Positions 56,772 to 64,000 of a DNA stretch of 64,000 nt are shown piece by piece. The DNA lies in assembly GCA_016195715.1 (NCBI GenBank), contig JACPZA010000010.1, positions 14,307 to 78,306 of the forward strand. Direction: 5' to 3'. The notes under the pieces are model-generated. The model ran no database searches. It saw only the letters and a list, made by a program, of their open reading frames with translations, and was not told the origin of the DNA. Every line of letters begins with the position of its first letter. Positions within the stretch are counted from its first letter, which is position 1. The position numbers and the translations under genes were made by a program. Source of the stretch: Candidatus Daviesbacteria bacterium. Lineage in GTDB: Bacteria > Patescibacteriota > Microgenomatia > Daviesbacterales > UBA10151.

Positions 56772-58643
56772 ATGCTAAAAAAAGCGCTGATTATAGCTTG
56801 TTTTTTGGGATTTTTACTTTTTACTCCTCAATTAGTTTTAGCTCAAGATCAATTTCAAACTAGCTACGCTGTAACTTATGATATTTCAGAGTCTGGGGAG
56901 ACTTTGGTTTCAGAAAATATTAGCTTAAAAAATCTTACTGACCGTTTTTATGCCTCAAATTTTAATTTAACAACTAGCTCGACAAAATTAGTAGATGTTG
57001 TAGCTTCAGATAATCAAGGACCCCTGGAAGTAAACTTAGCTAAGCAAGCAAATAAGACTGAAATTAAAGTTAAATTTGCCGGCCAAGTAGTAGGTTTAGG
57101 TAAAGATTATCAATGGAATTTAAAGTATAAGTCTTTAGATTTTGCCCAAAAGCAAGGTCAAGTTTGGCAAATTTTTATCCCCAAAATTTCCTCAACTACT
57201 CCATCAGATGATTATAAAGTGACTTTGCAGGTTCCAGTTAGTTTTGGTGATCCAAGCTCAATTAACCCCAAGCCCAAATCTGAATCAGAAATAGCTGGAA
57301 AATTAGTTTTAACTTTTGATAAAAAACAATTAATTGATAATGGGATTTTAGCTAATTTTGGAAACTTTCAATACTATAAATTTAACTTGAAATTTAATTT
57401 AACTAACAATAACTTTTTGCCAAGTTTAGAAAAAATTCCATTACCACCGCAAACAGAGTATCAAGACATAATTATAAGTAAAATTGATCCTAAGCCAGAA
57501 AATGTCACAATTGATCAAGATGGAAATTTTTTAGCTTGGTATAAAATTGAACCCAGAAAGTCGATCCAAGTTTCGATTGAGGGTTTAAGTAAACTTAGTT
57601 TTACCCCCAAAGACCCCAAGCCAATTCTTTCCAAAGAGCAAAGCAAAGATCTGATTTCTGCAAAAACTTTTTGGGAAAAAGATAATCCAGCAATCTCCCA
57701 AAAATTAGCGGAAATCTTTAAAAATGGTGAGCCAAGTTCTGTTTTGGAAAAAGCCAGGTTAATTAATCAATTTGTAGTTAATAATTTAAAATACAGTGAT
57801 TTGAAAATTTTACACAATGATTTTCAAAGACTAGGTGGACTAACAGCTTTAAATAACCCGGATAATGCTTTGTGTCTTGAATTTAGTGATCTATTTATCA
57901 GTTTAGCTAGAGCCGCAAATATTCCCACCCAAGAATTAATTGGTTATGCTTATACAGAAAACTCTGATTTGCGTCCTTTGTCTTTTCAGAAAAATTTATT
58001 ACATGTTTGGCCAGAATATTTTGATCCAGATAAAGGTTGGGTAATGATTGATCCAACCTGGCAACAAACCAGCGGTGGTGTGGATTATTTTGATAATATG
58101 GACTTAAATCACTTGGTTTTAGCAATTCGTGGATCTTCATCTACTTTTCCTTCGCCACCAAATGAAGCGCAGATAGAATTTAACTCAAATGATTTTAATC
58201 CTTCGTCTGATATTAAATTGGAATTGGTTGCCCCGGCTGAAATTTTTGCTGGATTCTCTAATAAAATTAAAGTTAGAGTCCAAAATCAAGGTAACTTTTT
58301 GGCCTCAGCTAACACTTTAAAAGTTAGCGCTTCGGAGTTGAATTTTAATAAAGAGACAAATTTTACAACTCCAAATATCCCTCCTTTTGGTTTTGTTGAG
58401 TATGAGCTAAATTTAAAACCAACCCTACCTTGGCAATCATTTGAGGATGTTTTAGAAGCTAAGTTTGAAGATAAAATAGTTAATCAAAAAATTGTCGTTA
58501 AACCTTTTTTTGCTGCAAAAATTTTTCCATTTGCTAGTGCAGCAGTAGTAGGGGCTATGATTTGTTTTTATATTTTAGTATTATTCCTGCATCGAAAGCA
58601 TTCTTCTAAGCTAATATATAAAGTTCCTCATAAGAAAGCTTAA
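56772..58643 (+). CDS. secreted, C-terminally anchored transglutaminase-like protein
   Basis: signal peptide; C(LEF)..H(VW)..D(PTW) triad; C-terminal TM. Confidence 0.88.
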   Translation: MLKKALIIACFLGFLLFTPQLVLAQDQFQTSYAVTYDISESGETLVSENISLKNLTDRFYASNFNLTTSSTKLVDVVASDNQGPLEVNLAKQANKTEIKVKFAGQVVGLGKDYQWNLKYKSLDFAQKQGQVWQIFIPKISSTTPSDDYKVTLQVPVSFGDPSSINPKPKSESEIAGKLVLTFDKKQLIDNGILANFGNFQYYKFNLKFNLTNNNFLPSLEKIPLPPQTEYQDIIISKIDPKPENVTIDQDGNFLAWYKIEPRKSIQVSIEGLSKLSFTPKDPKPILSKEQSKDLISAKTFWEKDNPAISQKLAEIFKNGEPSSVLEKARLINQFVVNNLKYSDLKILHNDFQRLGGLTALNNPDNALCLEFSDLFISLARAANIPTQELIGYAYTENSDLRPLSFQKNLLHVWPEYFDPDKGWVMIDPTWQQTSGGVDYFDNMDLNHLVLAIRGSSSTFPSPPNEAQIEFNSNDFNPSSDIKLELVAPAEIFAGFSNKIKVRVQNQGNFLASANTLKVSASELNFNKETNFTTPNIPPFGFVEYELNLKPTLPWQSFEDVLEAKFEDKIVNQKIVVKPFFAAKIFPFASAAVVGAMICFYILVLFLHRKHSSKLIYKVPHKKA

Positions 58644-58670
58644 AGCTAAGTATATTAAGGAGTTAAAGTT

Positions 58671-59963
58671 ATGATTCCAAATTTTATTGATAAAGATCAA
58701 ATACCGCATAAACCTGGAGTTTATATTTTCAAGGATTTTAACAAAAGGGTGATTTATGTTGGCAAAGCGATAGATTTATACAGTCGAGTAAGTTCATACT
58801 TTTTTAGCTCACCTAGCAATTTAAAAACTCAGGTTTTAGTCAGCAAGATTAAAAGTCTTGAGACTGTTTTAGTTGAATCAGAGCTAGAAGCCTTAATTTT
58901 AGAAGCTAATTTAATAAAAAAATATTTACCAGAATATAATATCCGCTTAACTGATGATAAAGATTATTTATATATAAAAATTACTAAAGAAAGTTACCCC
59001 AGAATTATTACTGCAAGAAAGCAAGATTTAAAGAATTCTTTAAAATACTTTGGTCCTTTTCCCTCTTCAAAAACAGTTAAAAATTCCCTGAGAGATTTAA
59101 GAAAAGTTTTCCCCTGGTGTTCAAATCCGCCTGGGCCAAGAAATAAAAAAAATAAAGCCTGTTTTTACTTTCACTTAAATTTGTGTAAAGGGGCATGCGT
59201 TGGAAAAATTACTCAAACAGAATACCGACAAACTATCAAACTATTTATTAAATTTATGGAGGGTAAAAAGGCTGAGTTAATTAATGAATTAGCTGAAAAG
59301 ATGCTACAAGAAGCTAATAATTTAGATTTTGAAAAAGCTGAAGCCTTTAAGAAAATATTATCGGGTATTCAATATATAACCCAGCCCAATAAACTTAGCG
59401 CTTATCTAGAAAATCCTAACTTTTTAAGCCAGCAAAACCTTCAAGCTCTAACTTTTTTACAAAAAGACTTAAAGCTAAATGCCCTTCCTGAAAGAATTGA
59501 AGGATATGACATCTCAAATATTCAAGGAGTTGATGCGACTGGATCAATGGTGGTTTTAACTCATGGAGAGGTAGATAAATCGGAGTATCGTAAATTTAAA
59601 ATTAAAATCTCAGGTAAACCTAATGATGTGGGAATGCATCAAGAGATGATGCAAAGAAGGTTAAAGCATTCTGAGTGGAAACTGCCTGATTTAATTATTA
59701 TTGATGGGGGAAGGGGACAAGTCAAAGCAGCCTATGAGCAGTTGCAAAAAAGAAACCTCAATATCCCTATCTTTGGACTGGCTAAAAGGTTGGAGTGGCT
59801 TTATCCCCCAGATGGTGAAATAATTAAATTACCTAAGCGTAGTTTAGCTTTAAGGCTGTTGCAAAAAATTCGGGATGAAGCCCATAGATTTGCTATTAAC
59901 TATCATCGCAAGCTTCATTTGAAGAGCTTTGGAATTGATCGAAAGGTTAGTAGTAGGTTATAA
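58671..59963 (+). CDS. uvrC: excinuclease ABC subunit C (short, no HhH tail)
   Basis: PGVYIF..IYVGKA GIY-YIG, EGYDISNIQG, DGGRGQ, RDEAHRFA. Confidence 0.95.
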   Translation: MIPNFIDKDQIPHKPGVYIFKDFNKRVIYVGKAIDLYSRVSSYFFSSPSNLKTQVLVSKIKSLETVLVESELEALILEANLIKKYLPEYNIRLTDDKDYLYIKITKESYPRIITARKQDLKNSLKYFGPFPSSKTVKNSLRDLRKVFPWCSNPPGPRNKKNKACFYFHLNLCKGACVGKITQTEYRQTIKLFIKFMEGKKAELINELAEKMLQEANNLDFEKAEAFKKILSGIQYITQPNKLSAYLENPNFLSQQNLQALTFLQKDLKLNALPERIEGYDISNIQGVDATGSMVVLTHGEVDKSEYRKFKIKISGKPNDVGMHQEMMQRRLKHSEWKLPDLIIIDGGRGQVKAAYEQLQKRNLNIPIFGLAKRLEWLYPPDGEIIKLPKRSLALRLLQKIRDEAHRFAINYHRKLHLKSFGIDRKVSSRL

Positions 59964-59974
59964 TTTCTTCATTG

Positions 59975-60376
59975 ATGAAATCTATTCTGCGAAACTTCCT
60001 CATTAATTTAGCTAGCTTAACACTTACTGCCAGATTGATTCCAGGTTTAGTATTTGATGGAGGATTTAAAACTTTAGCCTACAGCGCAGTTATTTTTATG
60101 TTTATTAATATTTTAATCGTACCCATATTAAAAATTATGTTTTTACCACTTAATATTTTAACTTTAGGAATTTTTTCTTGGGCAATTAATGTTTTAGCTT
60201 TATATATTTTAACCTCAGTTGTGCCTCAGTTAAAATTAGTGCCATACACCTTTCCTGGAGCTACGATTCAAGGAGTAATTATTCCCCAAATTGAATTGAA
60301 TGTTTTATATGTAGCAATTGTTGCTTCGTTCATGATAGGATTTACATCACACTTGTTACATTGGTTAGCCAAATAG
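59975..60376 (+). CDS. 4-TM YvlD/phage-holin-4 family membrane protein
   Basis: P..K...LPLNILTLGIF..IN. Confidence 0.85.
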   Translation: MKSILRNFLINLASLTLTARLIPGLVFDGGFKTLAYSAVIFMFINILIVPILKIMFLPLNILTLGIFSWAINVLALYILTSVVPQLKLVPYTFPGATIQGVIIPQIELNVLYVAIVASFMIGFTSHLLHWLAK

Positions 60377-60401
60377 GGTTTTAAAAAAAATAAATAACTT
60401 T

Positions 60402-60626
60402 ATGCATAATCAACTTATTTTTTTAGTTCAAATAATTTTAGGAATAATTTTAGTTATTTTAGTTTTACTTCAATCTAAAGGGGCTGGAATTGGTTCAACT
60501 TTTGGAGGAGATATGGGATTTTATGGTACAAAACGGGGAGCTGAAAAATTATTATTTTATTTAACAATTATTATTGCCGGCGCTTTTTTAACTATGTCTT
60601 TAATAGGCATAGTTTTTAATCACTAA
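60402..60626 (+). CDS. secG: preprotein translocase subunit SecG
   Basis: VLLQSKGAGIGSTFGG..RGAEK.L, two TMs. Confidence 0.92.
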   Translation: MHNQLIFLVQIILGIILVILVLLQSKGAGIGSTFGGDMGFYGTKRGAEKLLFYLTIIIAGAFLTMSLIGIVFNH

Positions 60627-60636
60627 GCAGATTTTT

Positions 60637-62064
60637 ATGGTAAATTTCCAGAAGTTGTTTTTGAGACTTCAATTTCAGTTTATCCTTTTAAAAAAATATC
60701 TGCAAAAATATTACATTTTCGTTTTGGGGGCAGTTGCAGTGGTTTTGGTTGGGATAATTATTTTCCAGCAACTATCAATTTCATCTTTGAATTTTTTAAA
60801 ACCTTCAGTATCTGAAGGTATTGTTGGAACTTACACCGGCGATAATTTACCAGTCGTTGTAACCAGCCTATTATCAGATGGACTGGTCAAATTAGATCAA
60901 AAAGGGTTGCCCCAACCTAATTTAGTTCAAGGTTGGGAAGTTAATAAAGAAGCAACCAGTTATACTTTTAAACTTAAAGATAATCTTCACTGGATCGATG
61001 GAACTCCTTTAAAAGCCTCGGATTTAACCATTTCTATTCAAGATGCAGAAATACAAACTCCAGATGACAAAACTCTAACTTTTAAGTTAGCGGATTCGTT
61101 TAGCCCACTGCCAACTTTACTCACCAAACCACTTCTAAAGAAAAATACTTTGATTGGTTTTGGTCCTTATAAAGTTGACTCTATAGAAAAAAGTGGGGTG
61201 TTTATTAAAAAAATAGTATTAGTTTCTCTAGATAATAATCTTCCCAATGTAGTTTTTCGGTTTTACCCTTCTGAAAAGATTGCTAAAAGCGGCTTAAGAA
61301 TAGGTGAGGTTCAAAGCTTGCTTGGATTAAATTCTCCTGAGGATTTTATTTTGGAAAAGCCATTTTCACTTATATCAAAAACCAATTTTTCCAAGTTGGT
61401 AGCAATTTTTTATGACACTAAGGATCCAATTTTATCTGATCGTAACTTAAGACTGGCTTTAAGTTTTGCATCACCTTCAATAAAAACTGAAACTGAAGCT
61501 AAAACTTCAATTCCTCCAACTTCTTGGGCTTTTAATTCAGATGTTAGAGATTATTTAGATAATCCAGATCAAGCTAAACAATATTTAGCTAAAGTTAAAA
61601 AAGGGAAAAATGATCCAATTACACTAACTGTGACAAACTCTTTAAAAGAGGTTGGTGAGAAAGTTGTAGCCGAGTGGAATAAACAAGGATTTAATATTAA
61701 ATTACGGGTCGAAAGTGGTATCCCGCAAAATTTTCAGGCACTACTCATTTCTCAAAATATTCCTCTTGATCCAGATCAATATTCTCTTTGGCATTCTACT
61801 CAAGTAAAGACTAATATTTCTCAATACTCTTCCCCTGCTCAATATTCACCTAGAGTGGATAAAGACTTAGAAGATGGTAGAAAAAGCACGGATTTAGAGG
61901 TTAGAAAGCAAAAGTATCAGGATATGCAAAAAGTTTTATTAGATGATGCACCAGCAACTTATTTATTTTTCCCAAAGTTTAATGTAGTTTACTTAAAAAA
62001 AATTGAGTCAAATTTAAAAAAAGTTTTAGATCTACAACTGCCTGATTTACAACTTATTAATTAA
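60637..62064 (+). CDS. family-5 (Opp/Dpp-like) substrate-binding protein, membrane-anchored
   Basis: GLVK..YTFKLK..W.DGTP, G.GPY, PD.Y.LWHS. Confidence 0.85.
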   Translation: MVNFQKLFLRLQFQFILLKKYLQKYYIFVLGAVAVVLVGIIIFQQLSISSLNFLKPSVSEGIVGTYTGDNLPVVVTSLLSDGLVKLDQKGLPQPNLVQGWEVNKEATSYTFKLKDNLHWIDGTPLKASDLTISIQDAEIQTPDDKTLTFKLADSFSPLPTLLTKPLLKKNTLIGFGPYKVDSIEKSGVFIKKIVLVSLDNNLPNVVFRFYPSEKIAKSGLRIGEVQSLLGLNSPEDFILEKPFSLISKTNFSKLVAIFYDTKDPILSDRNLRLALSFASPSIKTETEAKTSIPPTSWAFNSDVRDYLDNPDQAKQYLAKVKKGKNDPITLTVTNSLKEVGEKVVAEWNKQGFNIKLRVESGIPQNFQALLISQNIPLDPDQYSLWHSTQVKTNISQYSSPAQYSPRVDKDLEDGRKSTDLEVRKQKYQDMQKVLLDDAPATYLFFPKFNVVYLKKIESNLKKVLDLQLPDLQLIN

Positions 62065-63245
62065 TTTATAAATTTTAGACCTAAGATAGAAACAAGTAAT
62101 TTAAGGGTTAATTTTAACTGCTCATCCTGTCCCTGATCAATTTTATCCAGAAGCTCTTTTATAACATTCAAAGCCTCTGGGATATCCAAATCATCTTCAA
62201 TTGCCATATTAAATTTGGTGTTAAAATAATTAATCTTTTCAGTTGACCCTCTTGGTCCTAGTTTAGAAATTGCTTTTTGAATTCTGCCTACAAATTTTGT
62301 AGCTTGTTCTAGTTCCTTTATATCAAATTCCCAGGGCATTCTATAGTGGTGAGATAATAAGTTTAAACGAATAGCATTTGGGTCATATTTTTTTAATAAA
62401 TCAGAAACCATAACCAGATTACCCAAGGATTTAGACATTTTTTCTCCCTGATACATCAACATGCTGGCGTGCATCCAGTATTTTACCAGTGGAGATTTTT
62501 TAGTAAAACTTTCTGATTGGGCAATTTCGGATTCATGGTGGGGAAAAATTAGATCCCTTCCACCGCCGTGAATATCAATTTGATCACCTAGATATTGATT
62601 AATCATAGCTGAACACTCAATATGCCAACCTGGCCTGCCTTTCCCCCAAGGTGAATCCCAACTTGGCTCGTCTATTTTGGAATTTTGCCATAAAATAAAA
62701 TCTAGCTGATTTCTTTTATTTGGATCTTTAATATTTGCTCCTCTTTCACCAGCAATTAAAAGCATTTGGTTTCTGTTAAAGTGAGAAAGTTTACCATAGT
62801 TTGGAAATTTACTAACTTCATAATAGACATTGCCACCTTTGATATAAGCCAAGTCTTCTTTAACTAATTTTTTTATGATCTCAACTATTTTTGTGATTGA
62901 ATCAGTAGCTTTAACAAAGTGAGTTGGACGTAAAACATTTAACTTATCTAAATCTTCTAAAAATTGTTTTGTCCAAAAATCTCCCAAACTTTGCCAATCT
63001 GTTTTAAGTTCTTTAGCTTTTTCTAAAATTGAGTCATCAATATCAGTCACATTTTGAGTATAGTTAACTTTAAAAGCCCTAAAATTTAAATATCTGAATA
63101 AAACATCAAAATGGATATATAAAAACGCATGACCTAAATGAGTAGTGTCATAAGGTGTAATCCCACAAACATACATTAGTACTTGTTTTCTTTTAAGAGG
63201 TTCAAAGTATTCTTTAGTTTGAGTAAGGGAGTTAAAAAGCTTCAT
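62061..63245 (-). CDS. cysteinyl-tRNA synthetase paralog, MshC-like
   Basis: MYVCGITPYDTTHLGH, GRPGWHIEC, FPHHE, KMSKS; only 394 aa. Confidence 0.8.
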   Translation of the reverse strand: MKLFNSLTQTKEYFEPLKRKQVLMYVCGITPYDTTHLGHAFLYIHFDVLFRYLNFRAFKVNYTQNVTDIDDSILEKAKELKTDWQSLGDFWTKQFLEDLDKLNVLRPTHFVKATDSITKIVEIIKKLVKEDLAYIKGGNVYYEVSKFPNYGKLSHFNRNQMLLIAGERGANIKDPNKRNQLDFILWQNSKIDEPSWDSPWGKGRPGWHIECSAMINQYLGDQIDIHGGGRDLIFPHHESEIAQSESFTKKSPLVKYWMHASMLMYQGEKMSKSLGNLVMVSDLLKKYDPNAIRLNLLSHHYRMPWEFDIKELEQATKFVGRIQKAISKLGPRGSTEKINYFNTKFNMAIEDDLDIPEALNVIKELLDKIDQGQDEQLKLTLKLLVSILGLKFIN

Positions 63246-63291
63246 GAATTTCTAATTTTACTATAAATTTGAAAAAAGTATAATAACAAAT

Positions 63292-63996
63292 ATGAAGATA
63301 CTTTTAATATTTGCTCATCCAGATGATGAAGCATTTTCTTCAGCTGGGACTTTAATTAAATTAATAAAAAAAGGTCACCAAGCAAAATTAGTAACTGCAA
63401 CCAGAGGTGAAGCTGGACAAGTTGGTAACCCTCCAGTTACCACTCAAAAGAATTTGGGAAAAATAAGAGAGAGGGAACTAAAAAATGCTGCTAAAGTTAC
63501 GGGTATATCTGAGATATATTTCCTTGATCTGATTGATGGGACCTTACACAACTTAAAAGTTTCGGACTTAGTTAAGATGATTCTACCTATTATAGAAAAA
63601 GAGGAACCTGATATCTTGATTACTTTTGATAAAAAAGGAGTCTCAAACCACAAAGATCATATTGCTATAAGTAAAGCTAGCACTTTAGCTTTTGAAGAAT
63701 ATGCCAAGAAAACTAAAAAACACCTTAGGCTATATCACGCAACCATTCCTAGAAGTCATATAAAAGCTTATAGAAAACAAAACTTGTCTCATGAGCCATT
63801 TGGAAAGATGTTTGGTACTGCTGATAAAGATATAACCACAATCTCAGATATTTCAGAAACGTTAGAGCAAAAAATAAAAGCATTAAAACAACATAAGTCT
63901 CAACATCAAGATTGGGAGCGCTGGTTAAAAAGAGCTCAAGTTGTTGATTTAACCAAAGAATATTTTGTACTCATTAAAGAAAAGAATTTCTTCTAA
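63292..63996 (+). CDS. PIG-L family deacetylase (MshB/Mca/BshB-like)
   Basis: AHPDDE, T.GEAG, R..EL..A, H.DH, H.SQ. Confidence 0.92.
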   Translation: MKILLIFAHPDDEAFSSAGTLIKLIKKGHQAKLVTATRGEAGQVGNPPVTTQKNLGKIRERELKNAAKVTGISEIYFLDLIDGTLHNLKVSDLVKMILPIIEKEEPDILITFDKKGVSNHKDHIAISKASTLAFEEYAKKTKKHLRLYHATIPRSHIKAYRKQNLSHEPFGKMFGTADKDITTISDISETLEQKIKALKQHKSQHQDWERWLKRAQVVDLTKEYFVLIKEKNFF

Positions 63997-64000
63997 AATG

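Noticed and set aside
59972-60376. Holin-family label suggesting a prophage
   Set aside because: YvlD-like housekeeping membrane protein between uvrC and secG; no phage genes nearby.
5351-63653. Many 60-100 aa ORFs nested in or antisense to long genes
   Set aside because: No motifs; expected shadow frames of real genes.
1-64000. CRISPR array, rRNA, alternative genetic code
   Set aside because: No repeat-spacer array or rRNA-like sequence seen; TGA acts as stop and conserved genes are intact under code 11.

Overview
AT-rich, compact bacterial chromosome segment using genetic code 11. Gene style (almost no intergenic DNA, few Shine-Dalgarno sites, many orphan genes, pilin-like N-termini) suggests a Patescibacteria/CPR genome, probably Microgenomates (inference). 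Contents: lemA-htpX, gatCAB, two clan-A glycoside hydrolases, dnaE, rplS-rnhB-yraN, a near-complete de novo purine cluster (purH,N,D,L,Q, two archaeal-type purP, purB,E,C,M), an isolated fabF, msrA, typA, tRNA-Glu and tRNA-Lys, rsmI/dedA, a Rad52-like gene, lexA, split glmU, an ABC pair, an AbiEii-type module, uvrB/A/C, a REP-associated HUH tyrosine transposase (RAYT), secG and an MshC-like/PIG-L pair. Main signals: (1) the RAYT is flanked by two direct-repeat hairpins, one of which forms its own promoter, and the same hairpin sits in frame inside purH; other short hairpins sit in frame in rplS and purL (32/33 nt identical), gatB and purP; (2) a 900-bp toxin-antitoxin insertion bounded by a synonymously diverged duplicate of a gene's 3' end; (3) pervasive leaderless promoter geometry, including divergent genes sharing one CATG; (4) a direct-repeat LexA box; (5) an attenuator-like leader; (6) a probable ATA start codon.
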